Of a stretch of 64,000 bases of DNA, positions 46,993 through 56,380 are shown piece by piece. Positions within the stretch are counted from its first letter, which is position 1; every line of letters starts with the position of its first letter. Origin of the DNA: Polyangiaceae bacterium (GTDB lineage Bacteria; Myxococcota_A; Polyangia; Polyangiales; Polyangiaceae); assembly GCA_044376115.1 (NCBI GenBank), contig JBILLK010000002.1:1-64000 (forward strand). The letters run 5' to 3'. Below the pieces are notes generated by a model, which was not told the origin of the DNA, made no database searches, and saw only the letters and a program-made list of their open reading frames with translations. A program made the translations under genes and the position numbers.

Positions 46993-48571
46993 TCTCGAAC
47001 CAGCGCACAAAATGACTCGAGCCTCGGTCATTCTTTGGGCGGCGGCGGGGAGCAGCGCTCTCACCGCCTGCGCTTGGAGCCTGTTCATCCTGTTCGCCAA
47101 CGACACGCGCGACGTCTCGTTGCTTGCAGGCATCGTCAGCGGACTCACCGCCGGAGCTGCGCTCCTGTTCGCCGCTGCCCGCGGCTCGGCGTGGATCGGA
47201 GCGCTGTTGTCTCTGCCCAGCGCGGCAGCGCTTTCCGCCAAGCCCTTTGCACGGCCGTTCACACATACCTACGCCGGCCAGACGCACACCTTTTCACCGA
47301 CGGCCGAGACCCATCTCTGGTACCTCGCGCCCGGCATCTTGTTGGGCGCAGTGGCGGTGAGTTTGTTGCTCGTACCAACGCGAGGTGAGGAGGTCTCCAA
47401 GCGAGAACTGCGAGCGGGCCTGCGCATCGTTGGCGGCCTCCTTGGGCTGTTCGGCGCGGCGGGCCTGTTGCTCGTCTTCCTCGATGGCCGTTCACCGATG
47501 GCCAACGTGTTTTCCGGCTTGGGCGCGAGCTTTGCCATCGGCGTGCTTTCCTTCGCCGCGATGTTTCAGAGCGAACCAGCGCCGCCTCCAGCTTGGCCGG
47601 TGATGCTCTCGCCGTATGGCTCGCCGATGCCGGCTGGCCCTTCCTTCCAAGCGATGGGCAGCGACACCAACGAGCTATTGCGGGCCGTGGCGCACGCACC
47701 TGCGCCAGCATTGAACGCGCTGCCGCAGCAGCTCGTAGCGCCACCGCGCGGCGCCCAGCTGGGGAACTTCCTCTTGGGCGAGAAGCTCGGTGAGGGCGGT
47801 ATGGGCGTGGTCTACCGCGCGTTGGATCAGCGGCTCGGGCGCGAGGTCGCGCTCAAGTTGTTGCCGGCTCATTTGGCGGCTGATCCTACGCGGCGTGCGC
47901 GCTTCTTCCGCGAGGCCCGTATGGCTGCGACAGTGATGCATCCCAACGTCGCGACGGTGTTCGAACTCGGGGAGACCAACCCGCCGTTCATCGCGCTCGA
48001 GCTGGTGCTGGGCGAGTCGATGCGCGCGCGCATCGAGCGCGGCTTCGTCGGCGCCGCGGAGGCCGAGCGGCTCGCGCTCGCGATTGCCAGCGGTCTCGCG
48101 GCAGCGCACGAGCGAGGCGTGATTCACCGCGATTTGAAGCCTGAGAACGTGATGATCGCCGCCGATGGCACGCCCAAGTTGGTGGACTTTGGTCTGGCGC
48201 GTGGGGCCTCCACAGCCGAGCAGCGTTCCACGGTTTCGGCCGCGCACACAAAGTCCGGCTGGGTGCTCGGGACGCCGCGCTACATGGCGCCCGAACAAGC
48301 CGCGGGAGGGGAAGTGGATGCGCGGGTGGACGTCTACGCCTTCGGGCTCTTGCTGGTGGACCTCGCCAACGGCGTCGGCCTGGATGCGGCGACCCCAGCG
48401 TTTCGTCGGGCTGAGGCGGCGCGCGCGGTGGTGGCAACGACGTTGCCTAAGCTGGCCGCCATCGCCGAGCGCTGCTTGGCCTTTTCGCCGGATGGTCGTT
48501 ACGCCGATGCGCGGGCGTTGCTCACGGCGCTGCGCGAGGCCGCGTCGCCAGCAACGCTGTCTCCCAGCTGA
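46985..48571 (+). CDS. Ser/Thr protein kinase with an N-terminal multi-pass membrane region
   Basis: About 6 hydrophobic helices, then LGEGGMGVVY, VALK, HRDLKPEN, DFGLA, GTPRYMAPEQ. Confidence 0.92.
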   Translation: MRDLEPAHKMTRASVILWAAAGSSALTACAWSLFILFANDTRDVSLLAGIVSGLTAGAALLFAAARGSAWIGALLSLPSAAALSAKPFARPFTHTYAGQTHTFSPTAETHLWYLAPGILLGAVAVSLLLVPTRGEEVSKRELRAGLRIVGGLLGLFGAAGLLLVFLDGRSPMANVFSGLGASFAIGVLSFAAMFQSEPAPPPAWPVMLSPYGSPMPAGPSFQAMGSDTNELLRAVAHAPAPALNALPQQLVAPPRGAQLGNFLLGEKLGEGGMGVVYRALDQRLGREVALKLLPAHLAADPTRRARFFREARMAATVMHPNVATVFELGETNPPFIALELVLGESMRARIERGFVGAAEAERLALAIASGLAAAHERGVIHRDLKPENVMIAADGTPKLVDFGLARGASTAEQRSTVSAAHTKSGWVLGTPRYMAPEQAAGGEVDARVDVYAFGLLLVDLANGVGLDAATPAFRRAEAARAVVATTLPKLAAIAERCLAFSPDGRYADARALLTALREAASPATLSPS

Positions 48572-48577
48572 ACGCCG

Positions 48578-49099
48578 TCAGGTTGAGCCGCGGGCCAAGA
48601 CGAAGTCGTACGGATTGGCGGCGTTCACCAGCAGCAACAACCGTTTCTCGGCGCGCGCCCGGTCGAGCGCGTCTTGCGGCAGCGCCGCGCGGAAGCTCTT
48701 GCGGTGCACTTGGCCGGCCACCGGCACATCGAGCACCAGGTCCACCCATATCTCGTTATTGAAGTTCATATAGCCCTCGGTCTCGACGGAGAGGACGAGC
48801 GCATCGACGCGTAGGCCGTGGGCGCTCAGGTGCGCGCGACGTTGTTCGAGCTTGAGGTCGCTGCCGCGCATGAAGAAGAAGGCGGCTACAGCGATCACGA
48901 GCCAGAGTAGCCCGCCGCCACCAAAGCAGAGGCCCATCCAGTGGTAGAACGAGTCGAGCGGCGCGCCGTCATCGGTGAGCTCGCCCGGCTTCGTGTTCGC
49001 CTCGGCGATCAAAAAGCCAACGCCAGCCGCGATAAAGGTGCCCGACCCGAGCAGCATGCTGCCCATCCACAACCAGCCGGTGCCGGAGGTCTTCGCCAT
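48578..49099 (-). CDS. Membrane protein (2 TM plus soluble C-terminal domain)
   Basis: Two hydrophobic helices; TACCTT 8 nt upstream of ATG 49099. Confidence 0.7.
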   Translation of the reverse strand: MAKTSGTGWLWMGSMLLGSGTFIAAGVGFLIAEANTKPGELTDDGAPLDSFYHWMGLCFGGGGLLWLVIAVAAFFFMRGSDLKLEQRRAHLSAHGLRVDALVLSVETEGYMNFNNEIWVDLVLDVPVAGQVHRKSFRAALPQDALDRARAEKRLLLLVNAANPYDFVLARGST

Positions 49100-49228
49100 C
49101 GAGAGGCAAGGTACAAGGCTGGTCCCGCAACGGTAAGTCCGACTCGCACCTCGACCGGTCGATAAGAACATCAGCGGATCGTCGTGCGAGCTATTGCATC
49201 TGCCGACCGAGCCGGCTCTGCTTGAAGC

Positions 49229-50830
49229 ATGCGGTTCGTGCTTTCAGTGCTCCTGCTCTCCCTTGCGACAGGCTGTATCGGAACCATCGGGGATGAGAGC
49301 GCTGCTGAGCAAACCAAGCCCGCGCCTCAACCTTTGTGCGGGCCTGGGCCCGGGCCGATGCGGCGACTGACGCGCTGGGAATACAACAACACCGTGCGCG
49401 ATCTCGTGGGCGACGTCACGGCGCCCGCGTCGAGCTTCGTTCCGGAAGCTGGCCAATTCGGCTTCGATAACTCGGCGTCGGGCGCGACCCTGAGTGACGT
49501 CGTGGTCGAACAATACGAGCGAGCTGCCCGCGACCTAGCGGCCAACGCAGTCACCAATCTCCCGGCGCTAATGGGGTGTGACCCGAGTGGCGCGGCGGAG
49601 GCGAGCTGCGTTGCGAGCTTCATCCAGGGCTTCGGCAAACGAGCCTTTCGTAGGCCGCTTTCCTCCGACGAAGAGAGTCGATATCAGCTCTTCTTCGCGA
49701 GCCAGCGTGATCTTTACGGCACCACGAAAGCCGTGGAGCTTGTAGTGAGCGGCTTTCTTCAGTCGCCGCACTTCCTGTATCGGCTGGAGCTCGAGAGCGA
49801 GAATCCCGACCAAGTGACGCCGGTTACAGCCTTTGAAATGGCCAGCCGGCTTTCGTACTTTCTTTGGGGCACGATGCCCGATGACGCGCTGCTTGCCGCA
49901 GCTGAAGAGGGGCGGCTCGAGACACCCGAAGACGTGCGACGTGAAGCCGAACGCATGTTGAAGGATGAGAAGGGCGCCCGAGCCGTGCAGAACTTCTTCT
50001 CTCAGTGGGGCAACCTTCGAAGCCTGCCGTTGATTGAGCGGGACGAGGCCGCTTTCCCGCAGGCAACTCGCGAGCTGATGGCCAAAGAACTCGAGCTGTT
50101 CGTTGAGTCGGCCTTCTCGGGTGAGGGAACCTGGCAGTCCGTGCTCACCTCGAACAAGAGCTTCTTGAACGAGGAACTCGCTGCGTTCTACGGGTTGCCA
50201 AACGTGAGCGGCGAGGAGTTCCGTGAGGTGGAGCTGGATCCAGCTCGCCACGGCGGCATCCTTACGCGAGGCGCACTGATGGCCATCCTTGCCCATCCCG
50301 ACCAAACCTCGCCTGTGCTGCGCGGCAAGTTCATTCGCGAGCAGCTCTTCTGCGATCCTCCACCTCCACCACCGTGCAACGCGGACACCGCGCTGCCGGA
50401 GATCGATCCAAACGCGACCACGCGTGAGCAGCTCGAACAGAAGACCGGCGTAGAGCCCTGCGTCGCCTGTCACAGCTTCCTCAATCCGCCTGGCTTCGCT
50501 TTCGATCACTTCGACCAGCTCGGTCGCTGGCGCGACGACGATCATGGGCTACCGATCGATGCGTCGGGCGATCTCACGCTCACCGACGTGGATGGCAGCT
50601 TTACCTCGCACGATCAGCTCGTGGAGCTGATCAGCCAGAGTGAAGAGGTGAAGTCGTGCATGGTCACGCATTGGTTCCGCTACGCGCACGGTCGGGACAA
50701 GACCCCAGCTGATCAATGCAGCTACGACGACCTAAATGAGGCGTTCCTCGCGAGCGACGGTGACCTCCGTCAGCTGCTCTTGGGTCTCACACAGACCAAA
50801 AGTTTCCTTTTCCGCGGAGGCAAATCTTGA
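49229..50830 (+). CDS. DUF1592-family (DUF1587/1595/1592/1588/1585) cytochrome-like lipoprotein
   Basis: RRLTRWEYNNTVRDL, RAFRRPL, LQSPHFLYR, ASRLSYFLW, SPVLRG, CVACH. Confidence 0.92.
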   Translation: MRFVLSVLLLSLATGCIGTIGDESAAEQTKPAPQPLCGPGPGPMRRLTRWEYNNTVRDLVGDVTAPASSFVPEAGQFGFDNSASGATLSDVVVEQYERAARDLAANAVTNLPALMGCDPSGAAEASCVASFIQGFGKRAFRRPLSSDEESRYQLFFASQRDLYGTTKAVELVVSGFLQSPHFLYRLELESENPDQVTPVTAFEMASRLSYFLWGTMPDDALLAAAEEGRLETPEDVRREAERMLKDEKGARAVQNFFSQWGNLRSLPLIERDEAAFPQATRELMAKELELFVESAFSGEGTWQSVLTSNKSFLNEELAAFYGLPNVSGEEFREVELDPARHGGILTRGALMAILAHPDQTSPVLRGKFIREQLFCDPPPPPPCNADTALPEIDPNATTREQLEQKTGVEPCVACHSFLNPPGFAFDHFDQLGRWRDDDHGLPIDASGDLTLTDVDGSFTSHDQLVELISQSEEVKSCMVTHWFRYAHGRDKTPADQCSYDDLNEAFLASDGDLRQLLLGLTQTKSFLFRGGKS

Positions 50831-52242
50831 TTCGCAAACCACTACGGCTGCCCTCGCGGCGTCAGTTTCTGCGCGGCGCTGGCGGCTTGACGCTAGCGTT
50901 GCCCTTCATCGGCTCGCTCGCTCCGCGTGAAGCCCGCGCTGCCACGCCGCCCAAGCGCTTGGTGTTCGTTTACTCGTCCAACGGCACGGTGATCGGCGAT
51001 TGGCTGCCTAGCGCAACCGGTGCGAACTTCGAGGTCCCGTACATCCTCTCGCCTTTCGATACGCCCATCCTCCGTCCGAAGCTCAGCGTACTTTCGGGCA
51101 TCAAGATGCAGAGTGCGATGGACGTAGGCGGCAATGGGCACGCCGCAGGTATGACCAGCATGTTGACCGGGCGCAAATTCACCGAGGTCGTCAAGACCGA
51201 GTTTGGTGACGTCGGCTGGGGCGCTGGCATCAGCATCGACCAAGCCATTGCTCGGGAAGTGGCAGCCGAGGGGCAGCTTCAAAGCGTCGAGGCCGGCGTT
51301 CAATCCAAGAAGCAGTATCAAAACTTCTACGCGTATATGTCCTACGGCGAAGGGGGCGGCGCAGCCAACGCGATCGCCGCCGATGACGATCCCGCCAACG
51401 TCTTCTCACGGCTCTTTGGTAGCGTGCCCGACAGCGAGGGCGCCAAAGCCGAGCTGCAAAAAGTCGTCGACCAACGCAAGAGCGTGCTCGATCTCGTGGC
51501 GGATGACTTCAAGAGCGTCAACGGCCGGGTGTCGAGTGAGGATCAGGTACGGCTCGACAAGCACCTGGAGCTGATTCGGTCGTTGCAAGGGCGGATCAAA
51601 GTTGGCGAGGTGTGTGAGAAGCCGATGTCGCCGACCTTCACGCCGCAAGAACTCGGCAGCGACGGCAACTTCCCGCTGATCGCGCGCGCCCAGATGGAAA
51701 CAATCGCGGCGTCGTTGGCGTGCGACATCACTCGCGTCGCGACGCTCCAGCTTTCGGGCGCGCAATCAGGGACCGTGTTCAACGACTTCGTGGACGCCGA
51801 TTGGAACGCGCTCGCGGACGACTACCATCACGGGCTCTCGCATCTGTCGGTCGGCTTCGATCAGATGGCCGACCCAACCCAGACGATCGCACGCCAAGCG
51901 CTCTCCAACATCAACCGTTGGGTCTCCGAACAGATTGCTCAGTTCGCGATGTTGCTCGATGGCTATACCGAGCCCGATGGATCGACGGTGCTCGACAACA
52001 CGGCGATCGTTTGGGTGTCGGAAATCTCCGAGGGCCCCACGCATCGGTTCACCGACATGCCGTACGTCGTTCTCGGTGATCTCGGTGGGGCGCTGCGGGG
52101 AGGAAGCCACTACAACTACGGCAATAACCGCGCGCACAATGACCTCTTCATCACCTTGGGCAAGGCCATGGGCTTGCCCAACTTCGATACCTTTGGCGAT
52201 CAAGAGTACGTCACCGGGCCGCTGGTTGACTTCTTGGCCTGA
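50827..52242 (+). CDS. DUF1552-family Tat-exported protein
   Basis: SRRQFLRG signal; SIDQ, ACDITRVAT, YHHGLSH, TVLDNT. Confidence 0.92.
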   Translation: MIRKPLRLPSRRQFLRGAGGLTLALPFIGSLAPREARAATPPKRLVFVYSSNGTVIGDWLPSATGANFEVPYILSPFDTPILRPKLSVLSGIKMQSAMDVGGNGHAAGMTSMLTGRKFTEVVKTEFGDVGWGAGISIDQAIAREVAAEGQLQSVEAGVQSKKQYQNFYAYMSYGEGGGAANAIAADDDPANVFSRLFGSVPDSEGAKAELQKVVDQRKSVLDLVADDFKSVNGRVSSEDQVRLDKHLELIRSLQGRIKVGEVCEKPMSPTFTPQELGSDGNFPLIARAQMETIAASLACDITRVATLQLSGAQSGTVFNDFVDADWNALADDYHHGLSHLSVGFDQMADPTQTIARQALSNINRWVSEQIAQFAMLLDGYTEPDGSTVLDNTAIVWVSEISEGPTHRFTDMPYVVLGDLGGALRGGSHYNYGNNRAHNDLFITLGKAMGLPNFDTFGDQEYVTGPLVDFLA

Positions 52243-52254
52243 CCAATCGCTTTA

Positions 52255-52281
52255 GCGCTCCGAGGCCAAGGCCCGGGGCGC
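52255..52281. terminator. GC-rich hairpin between convergent genes
   Basis: Imperfect inverted repeat GCGCTCCGAGGCC-AA-GGCCCGGGGCGC; no U-tract. Confidence 0.3.
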
Positions 52282-52282
52282 G

Positions 52283-52930
52283 CTACGGCGTGTAGGTCGC
52301 AGACAAGGTTGTGCTCGCGAGAGCGACCTGATTGGCGGCGCTCTCGACACCGTCGACGTCGATCGATAGCTCGTCCAAGTTGAGGCTCGCGCTTGGGACG
52401 GCGTACAGCCTGAATTCGTAGGTGTGGGCGTTGGGCGGGCAGGGGCCGGCGTAACCAGGCTGGCCGTCGTAGGCGTCGCATTGCACGGCGCCGGGCACGT
52501 CGGCGGGCTGGTAGTCGCGGTCCACGTCCGCTGGCAAGCTGAGCGTCGACGCGGGAATATCCCAGATCGCCGCATGCCCGAGGTTATTGCTGAGATCGCG
52601 GAAAATGATCGCGTAACTGAGCGTACCGCTAGGACCGGCCGTCCACTCAAGCGCCGGCGACACGTTCTCGCCGTCGCAGGAGTTCGCCACCGGAATCATG
52701 CCGCCTTCATCGTATGCGGGGCTGGTGAGCGTCATCGGGGCAGCGCCACCTTCGCCGTTGCCGCCCCCTCCGGACGCTGCGCCGCCACCGCCGTCGGCGC
52801 TGCTGCCGCCACCGCCGGCCGAGGCTCCGCCGCCGGCTGTGCCCGAGGAGCCGGCGCTGCCGCCGCTCCCGTCATCCGAACATGCCATCAGCGAGCCGAG
52901 CAACAACGCACCGAGAAGGGGAAGCTTCAT
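52283..52930 (-). CDS. YbhB/YbcL (PEBP) family lipoprotein
   Basis: LTSPAY..GG.IP, CDGENVSPALEW, HAAIWDIP, YAGPCPP..HTYEFRLYA. Confidence 0.92.
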   Translation of the reverse strand: MKLPLLGALLLGSLMACSDDGSGGSAGSSGTAGGGASAGGGGSSADGGGGAASGGGGNGEGGAAPMTLTSPAYDEGGMIPVANSCDGENVSPALEWTAGPSGTLSYAIIFRDLSNNLGHAAIWDIPASTLSLPADVDRDYQPADVPGAVQCDAYDGQPGYAGPCPPNAHTYEFRLYAVPSASLNLDELSIDVDGVESAANQVALASTTLSATYTP

Positions 52931-52974
52931 GCGGCGAAGCTACGCGGCTTCGGGGGCGGCTGTCGATATTGCGG

Positions 52975-53808
52975 CTAGCGAACCCAGGCCGAGCGGTAGT
53001 CCTTCGCGTATTGAGCAAAGCGGATGGGCGCGCGGCCGGTGATGGTGCTTACCGCGTCGGTGATGCGGGCCGAATAGCCGAGCTTGAAGTAGCCGAGGAT
53101 GGTGAGCAGCATCTCGACGTAGGGCCCAGGCAATTGTGCCGCGAGCAGTTGTGAGCGCAGCTCCTCAGGGGTGATGTCGCGGAAGCGGATGGGCTTCTCG
53201 GTTACGCGCGAGAGCAGCTCGGCGACTTGGTGGTGATCGAGTGACTCATCTCCTGTGAGATCGAAGTCACGGTTGTCGAAGTCGTGGCGAGTGAGCAGCT
53301 CCGCTGCAACGGCGGCGATGTCGCGCGTGTCGATGAAGCTGCCTTTGGCGTCGGCGACCGGCAGCTGAATCTCCCCATGCGTAAGAATGTTATGTAGCCA
53401 ATAGGAGTTAAAGTTCTGCATGAACCAGTTGGGTCGGATAATGTTGTAGGCCAGCCCCGACTTCTCCAAGGCGATCTCGGCCTTGCGCAGCGGCAGTGAA
53501 TCATCGGCGTTGGCGCCCATGGCCGTCATCAGCACGACCTTCTTCAGACCCTTGGCTTTGGCTTCGGCGATGACCGGCCCGAGCAACTCATCTTGGTTGG
53601 TGTGCCCCGGGGGAGAGAGCAGGAAGGCCCGCTCAATGTCGGTGAATGCGGTGGAGAGCCCTTCACCGGTGACGAGGTTGAACAGGCGCTGGTCTGCGCC
53701 AGGCTTCTGACTCGTAGCGCGCACCACCTCATGACCCTTTGCTCGTAGAGCCTCAACCAGCGACGTTCCAACTGTTCCGCTTGCACCAACAACAAGAATC
53801 TTGTTCAT
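52975..53808 (-). CDS. NmrA-like NAD(P)-dependent oxidoreductase
   Basis: ILVVGASGTVG, IIRPNWFMQN, IDTRDIA; AAGGAG SD. Confidence 0.92.
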   Translation of the reverse strand: MNKILVVGASGTVGTSLVEALRAKGHEVVRATSQKPGADQRLFNLVTGEGLSTAFTDIERAFLLSPPGHTNQDELLGPVIAEAKAKGLKKVVLMTAMGANADDSLPLRKAEIALEKSGLAYNIIRPNWFMQNFNSYWLHNILTHGEIQLPVADAKGSFIDTRDIAAVAAELLTRHDFDNRDFDLTGDESLDHHQVAELLSRVTEKPIRFRDITPEELRSQLLAAQLPGPYVEMLLTILGYFKLGYSARITDAVSTITGRAPIRFAQYAKDYRSAWVR

Positions 53809-53947
53809 GACTGCTCCTTTGTTTCGACCAGTGAGGGTGCAATCTAATAGCAATAAGACGTACGATTAATGGCTGTTAGTTCACTTGGCATGTCCAGGCG
53901 TACGGAGATGTCGACGCGTGGAACACTGTTCGCTAGGCTTACGGGCG

Positions 53948-54904
53948 ATGGACCTCTTGACCGACATCCTGGTTCAGGCGGGTTTGCGGCGCCGATTGAT
54001 CGGCTTGCATGAGCTGCCCGATGCCACCACGCTCCACTTCCCGTGCGACAAGAGCATCGGCTTTCACGTGGTCGTCTCCGGGCGCAGCTTCGTGCACACC
54101 GGCGTCGAGGTGATCGCGCTGCGTGCGGGGGACGTAGCGCTGATGGCGCGCGGTCAGGACCACAAGCTCAGCACGGTGGAGAAGCTTTCCAAACGCGTGA
54201 TCGAACTTCACGAGTGGAGTGTGCTACCGCGCGCGCTCGAGGCGGGTGCCGCCTCGGTCGTGAGCGGCGCCTATCAGCTGTGGCATACGCCGGTGCATCC
54301 GCTGTTTCAGGAACTCCCAGACTGGTACGTGTTGCGCGGTGAGGCCGAGGGTAAACTGTCGCCTTTGTCGCTCGCGATCGAGCTTTTGGCGGAGGAGACC
54401 AAGCGGCCCGATCTAGGTAGTCAAACCGTGGTGAACAGCCTGCTCGACGTGATCTTCTCCTTCATCCTGCGGCGTATCGTCGCCGAGAGCAGCGCGAACA
54501 AGCAGGGCTTCGGGCAGGCGGTGCGCGATGCACAAGTGCGCCGGGCGCTGGAGCTTATGCATGAGGACTGCGCCCGTCCGTGGACGCTGGTGGAGCTCGC
54601 AAAGCAAACCGGGCTTTCACGCACCGGCCTGGCCGAGCGCTTTCGCGCGGCGATGGGAGATACCCCGCTAAACTATCTGCGCTCGTTGCGTGTCCAAGCG
54701 GCGATGCGGCTCTTGTGCGAGACCGAACAATCGTTGGAGCAGGTGGCGGGGGCGATCGGCTACAGCGATGCCTTCAGCTTTTCCAAGGTATTCAAGCGCT
54801 CGGTCGGGATGGCGCCCCGGGAGTTCCGTCAAAAGAACGCCCAAGAGAGCGCACATGCCTTCCGCTTCCGCGAGTCTCCCAGCGTAGGCGGCGCGAGCGG
54901 CTGA
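53948..54904 (+). CDS. AraC-family regulator with a cupin N-terminal domain
   Basis: GFHVVVSG, WTLVELAKQTGLSRT, IGYSDAFSFSKVFKRSVG; divergent from the oxidoreductase gene. Confidence 0.95.
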   Translation: MDLLTDILVQAGLRRRLIGLHELPDATTLHFPCDKSIGFHVVVSGRSFVHTGVEVIALRAGDVALMARGQDHKLSTVEKLSKRVIELHEWSVLPRALEAGAASVVSGAYQLWHTPVHPLFQELPDWYVLRGEAEGKLSPLSLAIELLAEETKRPDLGSQTVVNSLLDVIFSFILRRIVAESSANKQGFGQAVRDAQVRRALELMHEDCARPWTLVELAKQTGLSRTGLAERFRAAMGDTPLNYLRSLRVQAAMRLLCETEQSLEQVAGAIGYSDAFSFSKVFKRSVGMAPREFRQKNAQESAHAFRFRESPSVGGASG

Positions 54905-54994
54905 AGCTCTAGCGTCGTTCCACCGAAGGTGGACCCAGTGAACAACACGACTCGTGCCTTCTGGAGTAAAACGGCCGAAGGCCCGAGTGGGCCG

Positions 54995-55861
54995 TCAACT
55001 TGGCACGAGTCGTTTCGTGGCGGTGAGCAGGTTGCACACCGACTGAAGCACTAACGGCTGGTCTTCTCCGCCGGAGAGCGCGGTCAAGTGCTTGCGCACG
55101 TTGGCCTCCACGACCTGCAATTGCTCGGCGTTGCAGCGACGCAACAGGAGGGCCATCACCGGGTTATTCCTCATTCCTTCCCAAGCGTGCCTCCACGTGG
55201 GGAGCACCGCCGAGGCGTGAAACTCTTTGCAGGCAATCGCCTCGAAAGCGTTGGTTGCGTTCACTTCGGCGATCAGCGCCGGTGCCTCGCTGATGTCGAG
55301 CCAATTGCCCGAGGTCTGCGGCACGAGCTCGGGTGGTAGCGCTTGCACCACCGGCAGAAACTGGGCGCGCATCATCGCGTTGTGCTCCGGCCCTTGCCAA
55401 ACCGCGGTCGCAAAGGTTCCCCCCGGGCGCAAGACGCGCGCAGCTTCACGCCAGCCAGCTGGGCGGTCCTCAAACATGAAGATGCCGAAGCAGGAGAACA
55501 CCGCGTCGAAGCTGGCGTCTCCGAAGCTGAGCGACTGGCCGTTCTCCACCGATACACGAACCACGTCTTCTCCGGCGCCGAGCTGGGCCGTGGCTTTGCG
55601 CGTAAACTCCACCATGCCCGGGGAGAAGTCGGTGGCGTAAACCCGGCCGGGCTTGGCGCCGCTCGCCCGCTGACGTTGTTCACGCTCGACTGCGGGGAGC
55701 GTCAGTGCGCCGGAGCCGCAGGCGATATCGAGGATCTCCGCGCCGGCGGCCAGGCGTGCCTCCACCATACGGAACATCGAGCGGGCGACGTAGCCGGTCA
55801 GCGTTGCAAACAGCGAATCGTAGAGAGCGACGTGATCATCCCAGGCCTGAGCGGTCGTCAT
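54995..55861 (-). CDS. Class I SAM-dependent methyltransferase
   Basis: ILDIACGSG, TDFSPGM, SFDAV, ARVLRPGG. Confidence 0.93.
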   Translation of the reverse strand: MTTAQAWDDHVALYDSLFATLTGYVARSMFRMVEARLAAGAEILDIACGSGALTLPAVEREQRQRASGAKPGRVYATDFSPGMVEFTRKATAQLGAGEDVVRVSVENGQSLSFGDASFDAVFSCFGIFMFEDRPAGWREAARVLRPGGTFATAVWQGPEHNAMMRAQFLPVVQALPPELVPQTSGNWLDISEAPALIAEVNATNAFEAIACKEFHASAVLPTWRHAWEGMRNNPVMALLLRRCNAEQLQVVEANVRKHLTALSGGEDQPLVLQSVCNLLTATKRLVPS

Positions 55862-56380
55862 GCGCCATTTCTACCACGAGCGTGCTGCCGCCCGAACAAC
55901 CAAGCTATTGCGGAACACTTCAGACACCGCTTCCGGCGCTGCAGGTCCGACTCGCTCGAGTCGATGCTCGACCGCGTACCTTCAAGCGGCGTACCTGCCG
56001 ATTGGGGGTCAGATGGGCCATATCTGGGCGAATGGGCGGCCAGTGCGGGCTACAAGCTTGGTACGGCCGCACAGCGCCGGGCCGCACGCGGCATTAACGG
56101 CGTAGAAACGGGGGTGCCCGCGAGCCGAAGCGCGGTGGCTCGATGCGGACCGCGCCCTTTGCGGTTGGGATAGACCATCTTGGCCACAATGGGCGCACGG
56201 GAGGTCGAACTCGCTTGCGACCTAGCCCGCGCTTCGGGTCGCAGCGTTCCGCTACACGTGCGGTGCGGAAGCGCAGAGCTCGGTGCCTGCCCATCCCCGC
56301 GCTGGTTGGCCAGCGCTTGCTGGCGTGCTTCTACACCTGATAGCGTTCTGTCCATCACTTGGGGAACGGAACAGGGACCC

